A DNA stretch of 63,711 nt, counting the filler, from Bigelowiella natans CCMP2755 (Eukaryota; Protista; Cercozoa), in the NCBI GenBank assembly GCA_000320545.1. It is 3 parts of 3 records of this genome, joined end to end, with 100 filler letters (N's around TTAATTAATTAA, not from the genome) between each part and the next. Parts side by side here need not be neighbours in the genome. Positions count along the whole stretch, not along the records: positions 1 to 29,614 come from ADNK01002567.1; 2 more parts are not named here. One strand, written 5' to 3'. Shown here in pieces: positions 1 through 19,212 of the stretch. The notes under the pieces are model-generated. The model ran no database searches and was not told the origin of the DNA. It saw only the letters and a list, made by a program, of their open reading frames with translations. The translations under genes and the position numbers were made by a program. Within the stretch, counting starts at the first letter, position 1. The number at the start of each line of letters is the position of its first letter.

Positions 1-35
1 CCCCCCCTTTTTCCCTGCCTTTTCTTCTCCCAAAG

Positions 36-2032
36 ATCCCACCAAATTTCACCTTCTTCAGGGCGAGGACGCTGTTACAAAGTACATCCGCCCGGAGAAG
101 GCTGCATGTGAGTAGTCTCTTTCTTCCTTTCTTTGAGCAGTTGACCCCCGCCGATGGTGCACTAATCGGCCCGCTTTCGTGCTTCTGCGCTTTTGCAATG
201 TGACGACTGATCCAACAGCCAAGAGCGATAATGAGGACGATGTGAAGAACTCAATCTTCAGGCTGCCCCAGATCGCCCTCGATGCTACGGGTATTGGCGC
301 AGACCCAGGAGAGCATGGAGGAGAGATAGGGACGGGGGGGGGCTGAGAGAAAAGACTGCACACACGTTAATGAAAGACAGCATGCCGTACAAGAAGGGGG
401 TTGTAGTTTGAAAGAGGAGGCACCATAGGCGATGGTTTTGTTCTCGAAACTGGCGCGGAGATCGATGTCGTTTGAATTACCTCTCGAACGCGTAACTGAC
501 CTCCCCTTGCACTCCACTATAAAGGATTAATGTCTGCGCGGCCAGACTCGTACCTGCCCCCAGTGGACGTCATTCGGAGAGATCAGGTAGACATCGGAAA
601 GGGGGAAGGAAGCTAGTAGTAATAGTAGTAGTAGCAGTAGCAGAATGGTAGTAGTTGTTGTAGCAGTAGTAGTACTACTACTAGTAGTAGTAGTAGCAGC
701 TGTATAAAGCATTAGCGAAGGTCTTACTGATGGCGACACCCAAACTCCATCTCTACTAATAGCCACCAACACTGTGAGAGAGGGGGGGGGGGGGGGTTTA
801 GAAAGAGAAGAACAGAGGAGAGAGCGGGGGAAGAGAAAATAGAGAGAGATAGAGAAAGAGAGAGAAACTTTCTGTATCATCAATATAACCAGAGCGATAT
901 TATAATCAATGATCAGGAGTACCGCATCTTGATGGATATCCCGGGAATGACAAAGAGCGACATAACTCTTAATCGGCAGAATGTCATCTCTATCATCAAA
1001 GGTACCACCGAGAGAACTGCAACCGCGCTGTTGGTAGGGAGCAGTAGTAAGAGGGCCCGAAAAGACTTCAAAAATTAAAAAAAATCATACAAGACAAGCC
1101 TCAGATATATAGTGCTTGTCCTTGGAATAGGCGGGAAAACTAGCCAAGATCATGAATTCCCCTTCAAATATACCCAAAAACGAAGACGTCGCGTCATTGC
1201 TCTTGTTATTTGTTCTTGTTGTGTTATGTGTTATTAGGCAGGCGTGTTGCTCCATATGATCCAAGCAAAGTGGCCGTCTTGAAGCAGGTTGCGTGCCCGT
1301 TTGTGTGTGTGTTTGGTGTGTATGCATGTAAATGTTCCTCCTCCATCCATTGTCTCTTCTTCTTCTCCTCCTTCTTCTTCTTTTTCGTCATCGTCATCAT
1401 CATCATCATCATCATCATCATCTCATCGTCACTTCCAAACCACATCAACAGGAGAGACGCTATGGTGAATTTACAATGACGTACAGGATACCGGAATCCT
1501 ACGAGGTAGAGCCCTTGCGGTTCGAAGAAGATAGTTAGGAGTGAGCTTTATTCTTTCAATCCCTCGCTCTCTCTTCTCTTCCCCACCCTACATCCGTTCT
1601 TCGTCGTTTTCAGCGAAAGTGGAAGTGGTACGACGTTAAAGACGGCGTGCTGACGGTTGTATTCGAGGCTGATAACGAAGACGAAAAGGTATGATTTTGG
1701 GATGTATATGCTCGTAAGTGAGCGTGCATCATGATAACGAGGGAGGAGCGAAGGAATCTTACGCGCCAATAACCTCTCCGACACGTTGTTTATGGCGGTG
1801 TTTTTTTTTTTATTGTCTACTGCCTGCTTAGGTTCCTATTCACCCTGTGAACAGCAAGGACTGTGGCAACAACTTCCACCGCGAAAGCAGCAACGTGTAT
1901 GATAACGATGCGTCACATGCTGAGGAGATCCAGGCCGTTGACCACAATTGCGACGAATACAACAGTGCAAAGGCGTGTGAGGAACCGCAGGAGCGAAAAG
2001 GAGGAAATATTCAGCAAATTCAAGAAGTTTGA
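36..2032 (+). CDS. HSP20/alpha-crystallin domain-containing protein, 3' part (multi-exon; 5' end outside window)
   Basis: GT-AG exons join to YLPPVDVIRRDQ-EYRILMDIPGMTKSDITLNRQNVISIIKG-RR...-ERRYGEFTMTYRIPESYE-RKWKWYDVKDGVLTVVF. This carries the PVDV, DIPG, ERxYGxF and DGVL hallmarks of the alpha-crystallin domain. Last exon stops at 2032. Confidence 0.85.
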
Positions 2033-2379
2033 ATACACACATTAATACAGCAAGAAGCACATGCACACGTATGTTTCAGCACGCTTTGTTGTGACATTTA
2101 GCACAGTGAAACATCATGTGCGCTTGATCAGTGCATGCAATCCATGACCAGGCATGTAGATCACTCTGTGCATCAACTTGGCATGGCATCTACATGCTCC
2201 GTCTGGACACACAATGAATTGAATGATGCGACTTCTCCGATGAGTTGCCTGAAGCGCACGTGGGATTGTCACAGGATGTCTCATTTTTGTCATTGTTTGT
2301 GATTGCATCAACGTGAGCGGTTGTGCGCTTGCATCGTCTTGCTGATCATGCATTTTGTCGTGTGCACACGACACCCACT

Positions 2380-2840
2380 AGCAATGAACAATGACCAATT
2401 GACAATGAACAATGATGATGAACTGCATTTCCAAAGTGCAATTGCCCACTAGCCACAGGAAAGAAATGACAAACACTGAGAACAATGATGAAAAACCACA
2501 TTTCCAGAGTGTGACAAGACACTTGTAGTGTGCAAAATGCAGCGCCTCGTACTAACTTTGGTGGGCTAGTGAGAACTAACTAGTGAAACAAAAAGGAATC
2601 CAGAATGGCATTCTAGCCACTCCTCCATTCCTAGAACAATGAACAATGAACAATGAAACAATGAAACAATGAAACAATGAAACAATGATGAAGAACTACA
2701 TTTCCAAAATGTTGCAAGACATTTGCAGTGTGCAAAATGCAGTGCCTCGAACTGGCTTCAGTGAGGACTGTGACTAGCAAATCAACTAGCTGGTTTGAAC
2801 AATGATGAAGAACTACATTTCCAAAATGCAACAAGACATT
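2380..2840. repeat. Degenerate direct repeats plus short (AATGAAAC)n satellite
   Basis: Four related copies of GAACAATGATGAAGAACTACATTTCCAAAA at about 2407, 2479, 2680 and 2797. Tandem aacaatga(a) units at about 2635-2690. Confidence 0.75.
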
Positions 2841-3346
2841 AAATCTGGACAAAGGAGAAGAAATGTGAAGTCCATTTTTCCGTCGGCGATGAACAGTTTC
2901 AAGATCACACGGTGTTTTCCAATCGCGACAAGACATTCTGGGCAAAAACAAACACGGTTTCGCCGTTTTAGCAGCCCAAAAACCGCCGCAAAGGGGTCCA
3001 CCTCTCGTTTCACCAGGTGCGACAAGGGCCCGTTGTCGTTTGAATGTTTTCCCAACGATTTTTGGTCTTACACAAGTCTTTGGTGCAGCATGTAGAGACT
3101 TGATTCAGGAGTAACTGTTCCGAAACCGCCGCCTGTTCCTTGCTTTTGCTTGCGCCCCTGCCCCCCCCACAAATCCTCCCTCCTCCCCCTTCAGCCCTAC
3201 CCCAAAATCTATCGACCCCCTTTGCCATTTGCGAGGAGAAACAACCAAAGGGAAGATAATTAGGAGATCGTTGTCCCTGTTCTCTTTCTTCCCGTATGCG
3301 CGATGACCGGGTAGTATGAAGCAGCCAAAAAACCCTCAACCGTGAT

Positions 3347-10041
<6,695 letters not shown>

Positions 10042-10311
10042 GCGTCGCAAGATGAAGCAGCTCATGCGTGTGTGTGCACCTGCTGGCTTATATTCCTAGC
10101 CCATAGCAGAGAACTGTGAACTGGAGTCACATCTTCTATTTCAAAGCATCACATCATGCTATCATCGTAAAAAACTTGTTGTACATGCTGTGCCGCTAAC
10201 TGCGCTGAATAACATAGCTATAACTAGCATTCCATTGCTAGCAGTCTAGCGGTTATTGATGTGTGTGTGTGTGTATGTGTGTGTGCGTGTATACACATTC
10301 CACATGTTTAT

Positions 10312-10349
<38 letters not shown>

Positions 10350-10900
10350 CCATATGTACATGTGCACTTGTGCACACAGCCTGCTGACAGAACAGGGCCA
10401 CATGCGCATGAGCGCATATAAACGCATGCGTACTGCCAATAAGCTGTCACATTTCTGCAACAGGTGGCCCTATAGTTTGACAAATAATACAGCAGGTAGT
10501 ATCGTAGGCGCGTTCTTTTACGATCTATCGGTGGATGGCACTGCGCTGCACCGCTAGCGTAGCTCGATTCGACTGCTATTGACACAATGTATATCGTATA
10601 TAATAAAAATTCACAGCACAAGCGTAGCGCTGTAGCCGCTGCCCTACATAGCTAGATATTAGGATGCATGTTTGATGACTATTGAAAAATTGTAGTAATC
10701 ATTTCATTACATTCGTCTCATAATATACATTCTTTATACGTTGTACACTTCTGGAGCGTTCAATCATCCTTCGCACAAGCCACAGTGATTAGCAACCATG
10801 CTGTAATATATAATAGTGTAACCGTGTCATATTATTCATGATATAATGTACAGCGCATATGCCGACCCTTATTGGGTCGATTTCATAGCATCTAATCCAT

Positions 10901-11189
10901 TTAGATGTTTGCTCCTCCACTATTGACAGAAGGCCCAATGGACAATAACGACCTGAATTAGAAGCACTCATCGATATGAACACCTAAACGATGATACAAA
11001 CTCATGATTTGGGACCTTGCTAGGTGCATCGTACGCTTTTTATGTTGCTGAAGCTCTTTCAGCAGTGATCTCATCTCGTTTTCAGTTTGGTTAACCTTGT
11101 GTGCATACGCAATATTTTCAATAGTGTTCTCAATTCTCTTTGTATAATTCCTGCAACTTGAATAAATTCTCCCCCTCCTTCCCTCTCTC

Positions 11190-11236
<47 letters not shown>

Positions 11237-14200
11237 TTTGTGTGTATCCATCACTACTTTCGCAGACATGCCGTGATTCTGCTTCTGCAGTTTTTTGCAC
11301 TCTTCATGGGCAAGTTTAAGTAGGCGATTGCTTGTCCTGAAAAACCGATCGCAAGAGTAAGTACGAAGTAAGGATAAAGGTTTCTTCTTCTTCCATACCT
11401 TAGTTGGAGTTGACTTGCTTCCAATTCCTTTTTCATTGTTTCTTGCTTAGTTTTCAAATCTGCATGTTTCACTGCTAATCGAGACTCACTATCTTTCTGT
11501 GCCGACTTTATTTTTCGCACTTCACGTTCTATGAATTCAACCATTTTTTCTTTTTTTTCCAAGCTCTCATGAAGGGTCTTGATTTTGTCATCCTTTTTCC
11601 TAATAGATTCTGTGAGACTGCTAATTTGAGATTTTTCTTCACTCAAAATATGATTTGCTTTGTGCACTTCAGATTGATACGAATCCAGTTTGTCACGGAC
11701 TTCGTCTACTTCCTTCTCCAGCTTCCGCTTCTGAAGATCTAAATCTTCAACTTGTTCAGTGAGTTCGTCTTCCCTCTTTTCAGCTTCGTTCAGCTCTCGC
11801 TCCAGACGCTCCTTAGTGCGTTTTAATGAACTAATACTGTCATTTTGATCATCCAGCATACGGTTTTTCACTCGCAATTTGTCTTCCAATTCTTGAATTT
11901 TAGACCCGTCGTTCAGAGCTTCTAGCTGTGAGAGTTTGGCTTCAATCTCGGATGTATCTTTGTGTTTGGTATCTATTTCGTGCTCTAAATCCGCATTTTC
12001 TCTTTCAAGTCGAGTAATTCTCTCCTTAAGTTTCCCCAATTCTTTCAGTTGAGTCTTTGATTTTCGTCTTGCCTCTTCAAGCTCACTTTTATCTTTATGG
12101 ACTTCCTCTAGTTTTTTCCGTTGCTCACTTACAACTTCCTTTAACTGATTCACTAGGGCATGTGTTTTCTTCTCATTCGCAAGCCGCAGCCGCAAAATCT
12201 CTTTGAGGTCATTTAAGTCGCACATAGCACTTTTGTAAGCCTTTTGGAGTGTCTTCACCTTTCTGTCGTGCGCCTTCGAATTTTCGAGGGTACTCTGTTT
12301 GTGGCTATCCCTTTCTCTACGATTGACGTCCTGTAGTTTGTGAAAACGGTCTCTAAAATCCTTTAATGTTTTGTTCGCGTCTGAGGCGAGTAGACTTTCC
12401 TTCTTAACTTCCTTTTCTAAACGATTAATGATCTGCGCTTGATTTACGATTTTTTGGTTCAATTGCTGCATTGACGCAGTGGATATATCTTTTTCAGCGT
12501 CAAACTTGACCATGAGTTCTGCCTGTCTTCTATCAGCTTGCTTCAATTCAAGCTCGAGTTTTTTGAACTTGCGTTTCCAATCACTAGCCTCTTCTTCAGA
12601 TCGAACAGACCTCTCAACTAACTTTTGTGCCTGGCATATAGAAAGCTCTGAAGACTGTACAAGCTGCTCCCTCATAGTTTTTTCAGATTGTATAAGTAAT
12701 TCTGCTTTCTTCTCAACTTCTTCCCGAATGGCCTCTGTAGCTTCCAGCTTACCACTTAGTCTCTGCACATCCGCCTTTAGACTGGTATTTTCACTTTCAT
12801 AATTGTGGAGCTTCTCTTTTAGCCGGGCATTTTCTACATCTAAATGTGACTTTGATTTACGTTCGAATGCTATATCTTGACGAAGCTGGTGGATTTCTTC
12901 CTGCAAACCTTTTTCGAGAGTATCTCGTCTAGATTCTGATTGTTGAAACCTTTCGGTCATCTCCTTCATTTTCTCTGTTTTTCTATCAGCGATGTGTTTT
13001 TCTTGTTCCAGCTGCTTTTGCATTTGGAGAAGTTGTTCACTAACACGCTTTAGCTCGTTTTCCATATGTTCCTGATTCTTTGTCTGGCTCTTTGTCTTTG
13101 CTATTTCGCGCTCAGATTTTAACTCAGATGTTAAACTTGATACATTTTCCATCATTTTCCGTAAATCTTCAACAAGTTTAACGGTTTCCCCCTCGTCCAT
13201 ACTTGCTTTACTTTCATTCCCTTCATGGCCCTCTTCCTTAGCTATTATAATTTGTTTTGAGTTTCTCGGGGGGGGTTCGCTCGGATCTTGATTTTTCCCA
13301 TCTTGATGATACTTGCCCGAATCTTTCTCGTCACTGTTTCTACTTCTACTACCAGCTCTACTGCCTCTGTCAAATTTTGTGTCTGAGGATGAGTGCTGCT
13401 GTCTCCGCCTATAGTAACCTTGAAGTGCTCTATCGATTGCAGAAGGTGTTTGAGAAACCCAGGGATTATTCCCAATTCTGAGATGTATAAAAAAACTAAG
13501 CTAATTTGATGACACGACAACATAAATTTCATACCTAAGCGGGTCTTCAACTGTATCTGTGGACATCGGCTGGGGTTTCAATGTTCGGGATGGGTAGCCT
13601 TGAACAAGGGTAGGAAACCCTTGCGAATATTTATCGCGTAGTCCCTAAGATGAATTTCATTTAAATCACATTTCCATTGAGTATGATAAAAGTTCAAATA
13701 AAAGTTCAAACTTGTTCGCGTTGCGTTTTGAGAGGCTTTCTACGGTGAACGTACTCCTCCACTGTGTAACCGTCAAGCATCCGCACACTTGGAAGGATGC
13801 TTCGGATCTAACACCAGGGATAAGAATCACCTTCATTATAATATGATAAAATTCTCGCAAAACCTGAGCGTAATATTGACGATTTTCACATATTGGGTTC
13901 GTAAAGTTCGGTTCAGCTTCCAGGCGAAGAACTCGTAAAGCCTAAAAAACTAAATGAGCTCTAGCGCACCATGCACGTGCAACTCTGAAATATTTTGGAC
14001 CTTACATCCCTGTAAGAACCTCAATTGATCTAATTCGCTAATTCTATTGTCACGAAGATCAATATTTTGCAACTTCTGGGCCTAATTAGTAAAGTTGGTA
14101 AGACTGCAAGATTGATGTTCACCATTTTTGGCTCACCTCGCGTTGGAAGACATTCGAATCAAAACCCCGCAGATCATGAATCAGGTTGTACGCTAGAGAA

Positions 14201-14781
14201 ATTTTTTCTAGATTCAAAGCGCCCTCGAGACCCTAAAAGGTCCAAGATAAGGGTCAACTGAAGAGGAAGTATGAGTCCTTATCTGACACACCTGAACCGA
14301 TGTAATTTTGTTGCACGAAAGATCCAGTTCTTTTAAGTTCTTCAACGAACCAAGTCCTTCGATGGCCTTCCAAAATTTAACAAAGCTCAAATCGCTATTG
14401 GATATCTTACTATGTATCTACCTCAATTTCATTCGAAGAAAGGTTCAGCGAGACTAGGTTTGTTAACGTTTCCAAGTTTGCTATCTTCCGGATCTGGTTG
14501 AAATGTAAATTGAGATCCCGCAAGTTCGACTTCGTTTCTAGCCCCGGTATGTCTTTGTTGCAGTTATACTTCGGATAAGTTTATTGATGAATGAAGGAAT
14601 AACTTGGTGTCAAGACCGTAAATTGACGAGAGCCCCGACGCGTATAGGTGCAGCTCATTACTTCTTCCTGAGGGATGACACAATTGGTCGCAAATGCTTT
14701 CCCAATAATTCATAGATTACCTTGTCCGTCACGGGTCTCGACAGATGAAGGGAATGGATCATCTTCCTTCTTCTCGTTCAT
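10901..14781 (-). CDS. LRRCC1: Leucine-rich repeat and coiled-coil centriolar protein, LRRCC1/VFL1-like
   Basis: N-terminal SDS22-type LRR exons (NLRDLNLHFNQIRKIANLETLTNLVSLNLSSNEIE, GLGSLKNLKELDLSCNKITSV, KLQNIDLRDNRISEL) and an LRRcap-like NPIC. These precede a ~600-aa coiled-coil exon (11398-13200) with RVKNRMLDDQNDSISSLK and a C-terminal ENEMRSLLKE. Confidence 0.75.
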
Positions 14782-15357
14782 CGAGTCACGCTCGTGAATG
14801 GGGGGAGAAATACTCCCTTACAGTTTCCCGCCACCACTTCTCGAGACTCAAAAGATATGCAGAGAGATTTATTGGAGATTCCCGGCTTAAATTCCGATTT
14901 TTTGTGGGATTAATCTGCTATTCAATGATTAAAATTCATGCTATTTTTTAGCTACGACACTGAGATTGGAATTATTGTAGATATTCAACTTCCAGGCGGA
15001 AACTTTCGGCAGAGAAGAGCCTGGGCCGATTTGAGCGCAGAATAGAAAGAACAGGATCCAGCAGCCAGGCAGCCAGGCAGCCGGCAGTCCGGCGCAGGCG
15101 GAAGCAACCCAAGCGAATGGGCGACTCTGTTTTCTAGCGTGGACCGCAGCCCACCCCCTCGTTTGGCAGCAGCTATTTGTGGTCGTTCAGTCTTGCTCAT
15201 AGGCGGTCATTCTCCGCTGCTATCACGCTTATGCATTGTTCAAAAAAGAGCGGCGAGATCGTCGATGCCGCTCCAACATTACGGGAAGGCTGGCTTTAGG
15301 CCGTATCAGTCATTGTCCGTGTCCCTCTTCACCCTGATCTTCCGTTCCTTCTTAACT
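14782..15357. promoter_or_regulatory. Probable bidirectional promoter region
   Basis: Short spacer between divergent ATGs; contains a (GCAGCCAG)n-like iteration at about 15058-15095. Confidence 0.35.
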
Positions 15358-16096
15358 ATGCAGTGTTGGTGGTTGCTCTTAACGTGTATTGTGAATGCGG
15401 CAGCAATAGCAGGAGGAGGAGCAGCGGCAGTAGGACGCCCAGTCTTCTGCCACGGTTTAGCGTCGTCGCCACGTGCAGAGCTGCAATTACCCTGGAATAC
15501 AAATCTACCTACATGTGCGATGGGGTGGCAAGAAAAGGCTTCGGGGCGCTCGGTAGCGACGAGGAAAACAGGGTTACTACCGTCGGTTGTGGCGGCCGCT
15601 GCTGCATTCTTCAATCCCGCCTCGTCATCCACGTATAGGTTACGTGGTGGGAAGGTCGGAGACCAAAAACGGGGTAAAAAGACAAAGTCGAGACGGAGAA
15701 AATCATCTGATGCCGCGACGCAAACCAACGACATTCCCTCTTCGAATGCTACGAATGCTAGAAATATTGACCAATTCTCAACCGGAAATAATGCAGATGA
15801 CCGCTTCGACTTCAAACATATGTCGCCGAGAGCCAGGCGCCTTTTCCGTGAACTAAAGGTAGGTAATTAAGGGCGGGGTAATTCCATAGTTCCCTTCTAT
15901 CTTTGATCCTTCTGACCTGAGAAGATGAAAACTTCTCATCTTCAGCTCACTATTGAATTGTGATAACTTGCCCGCCTCCTGCAGACTCGAAGAAAACACG
16001 AGAATAGAGTACGCGAAGCGACGGAGAAGTCTCCACACATGCAACAAAAAATAGCGGTGGGCTCTGAATGACAGGCGATAGATAAACTGGAATAGC

Positions 16097-16128
<32 letters not shown>

Positions 16129-17094
16129 CGGCTGCTTTGTTTTGTTGACCAAAAACGTGAATAATGTAACACCGAATGTAGTCATTGATGAAGAATGCTT
16201 GGGAGCTGACGATTTATGGTGTACAAGGTGGACCGGGCGATGGACCTACTGAGCGGCAAGAAGCATCTCTCTTCCGCGGTGAATGTGCTAGTTTTGTGAT
16301 GGGTGGTGTGCGGGGGAAAGTTGCAATGTGCAGATCGGACGCCATGGAAGTTATGTGAATCCGCATTGCTGCGAAGATCATTCTTCCCAATTGTTTCCAC
16401 TTTTTGTTTGAAGTGGCGTGTGCAATGAGAGTCCATTTGTAGTCTTCCTGCCACCTTTCTGCCTGGCATTAAATGTGTAACGTATGTGATGACAACTAAC
16501 CGTGCAGAAATTAAGAGGGAAGCTGAAGGAGATTGAAAGGAAGAAGCTTGTTTGCCACGAGAAGTAAAAGGGGCTAGCAGCTCAGCCGATGAGGAAGAAG
16601 AAGATGATGAGAGTGAAAGTGAATGTGAAGCACGCACTAGTAATATAGTAGCTTTGACAATGCTGACGTCCTCGATAGGACGTCGTCAATGTCTACAATG
16701 CGCGATGATATACGTTGCGTTCAGAATACGATGTTGGATTTCCTTGCGTCGAGACTTATTTCCTCCTTTGTCTTCGATGTTCCTCCCCCCCCCCTCCCCC
16801 TCTCCTCCTCCTCCTCCTCCTCCTTTCTCTAGATGGGAGCAGAGGATCAACCGGAAGAAGCAGCAAAGACTGATGTGAGAGACACCATAGATTCCAATTG
16901 GGGCAAATGAATGAATGGGACGATAAGATATCACGAAATCGGACCAATAGACATAACGAACGACATATTCTGTTGTGTGTCTAGACAACATAATGCTGAT
17001 GCTTTCGATTCTCGCAGCACGTTATCCATGGCGCAGCGGGAACTTGAACGACGGGGGGAGAGCTCGAAAGCGGTCCTCCATCAATACCACTCCG

Positions 17095-17131
<37 letters not shown>

Positions 17132-17396
17132 ACGAATTTTTCTTTTAAGTATGAACAATATACTTCAGTGCCGTCACTCTCCCTAACCTCCCCTTCTCTC
17201 CCCTTCTCTCCCCTTCTCTCCCCCAGAAACAAATAGGAAGTATGATTGCTAGCGTGAAAAATGCGCCCGCGGAAACAGTAGAATCTATTCCCAGGCCTCC
17301 AAGAATAAGGAAAACGGTGAGAAGGGTTGCTCCAATGTGCGCGCAAGTTTATGGACTGCGTCTCTTTCAAGCCTGTTAGTTTTTTTCCAACACATA

Positions 17397-17447
<51 letters not shown>

Positions 17448-17646
17448 ATAAATTGAATACATTATCAATTTAAAAATGCGTGTGTGCATGCGCGTGTGTT
17501 TTATCATTCAATTTGCATCGTAGAAAGCATAAGTGACTTTGTGCTCTGTTGATAATTTTGAGTAGCTGAGACGCATGGAGGTGGTTCGACGTAAGATTGC
17601 AAAGTCACAGAGGAAGCGTGCAAAACAAGTATTGCTCTTCGGAGGA

Positions 17647-17693
<47 letters not shown>

Positions 17694-18169
17694 AATATAT
17701 TTATATAATATTGAAATGCTTATTTATTTTCTTCCTCCTGTGTATACGTAGTATTTTTGTTTCATATGCGTGGATTTTTCGTCCCCGTCTCACAGCCCGT
17801 CTCCCCCACCTTCTTCTCTCCCTCGGCTTTCTCTTATACTCTTCCATTTCCTCCAGGGGCTGCGGAAAGGAGACGGAGATGTGGAAAGACGAACAGGCCT
17901 TGAGCTCTCCAAACCCCCATGTACATCAGAGTCGATGATTTGATGATGCTGCTGCTGCTGCTGCTGATGATGATGATTATGACGATACCGTCACAGTTAA
18001 AGTTGCGATTGATGTGCTGGTGCATTAATTCGGTGTTGCCTCAATTTCAGCCGCATCATCAACAGACGGCCTTCCAGGCCGGAAATTCCGGAAGAAAACC
18101 CCTCGACGGTAGGTGGGCGAGCGGAAGTTCTTGTGCTTGCATGGTGAATGCAACTGTCTAATTTCGGTG

Positions 18170-18212
<43 letters not shown>

Positions 18213-18625
18213 GATTGTGACCTCGCTCTGCAACAGCCCTATTGGGAGGAAGCTGAGTTTTAAAGCGCGACGCGCACTCAAAGGTTTATTTCGATTACAT
18301 CTATAGCCATGATGGTGTGATGATGATGATGATGATAATCATGATCATCATGATTATGATTCCATGTGTGGCGATTACGTGGAAAGAAGGAGGACAGTGA
18401 AGCAGACTTTTCTTGTTCTCCCATGTTGAAGATAAGAACCCATGTTGAAGATAAGAACACACCCTTTCATCGCCATCATCATCGTCATTTGATTTCTATT
18501 TCGTCATCATCATAACATCCCCATACTAATCCCCCCCCTGTCCCATCTCAAGGCGGAAACACGTCGAGAGGCAAAAATTTTTATCGAAAGCTGGTCAAAC
18601 GTCGAGGGCGAGCTCGACACAATTG
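15358..18625 (+). CDS. Lys/Arg-rich hypothetical protein with signal peptide and transit-peptide-like leader
   Basis: Starts MQCWWLLLTCIVNAAAIA, followed by a Ser/Ala-rich segment ending RLRGG. About 12 short basic GT-AG exons follow (e.g. RWEQRINRKKQQRL, LRRMEVVRRKIAKSQRKRAKQ). Confidence 0.55.
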
Positions 18626-19212
18626 ATGTTGAACCCCTATTTTCTGCTCACTGCTTGCAAACGCAAGCGAACTAGCGAAATGCATCAAGCTTTGCATGAA
18701 ATCATGTTTGCAACCACGTCTAGATGTACACAAAGTTCACATGTGAAAGCAAGGTCATCATGAGTGTTTGTGCGCGATCGTTCGTACATTGTTGCTTCGG
18801 ATGCTGTGTTGAAGATGATTTCTGATTGGATTTTCGTGGTCACGCATGTATTACCATCGCTAACTTTGGCGCCGCTTTACGTGCACCTAACACCTACATG
18901 CATGCATGTTTTCATGTTGGAATAAATGTGTATAAGTCTGTACATCGATGGAACGACGTTTTGCATTATCTAGTTACATGTACAAAAGATGCTGCACATA
19001 GTGTTTTTTAGTAGTAGTCACTATTTATTTCATATCAGATTTAATTTAAATTTAGACTTATTCTACTTTCCACATTCGCTCTCGCATTAAATTAGTTAAT
19101 TTGTCTCATTGGTTTTAGAAAATATTTCGTCGGGAACGTATTATGACATTATCGATTCCTGCGAAATCCATTATTGATAGATGTGTAACAGATGAAACCT
19201 CATTCTCCGTCA

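Noticed and set aside
2380-2840. Spaced direct repeats superficially like a CRISPR array
   Set aside because: Eukaryotic context, irregular spacing, homologous rather than unique spacers, and no cas genes.
18420-18458. Exact ~19-bp tandem duplication CCATGTTGAAGATAAGAAC (smaller ones at about 38766 and 38830)
   Set aside because: Ordinary slippage duplications; no element between the copies, so not a supportable target-site duplication.
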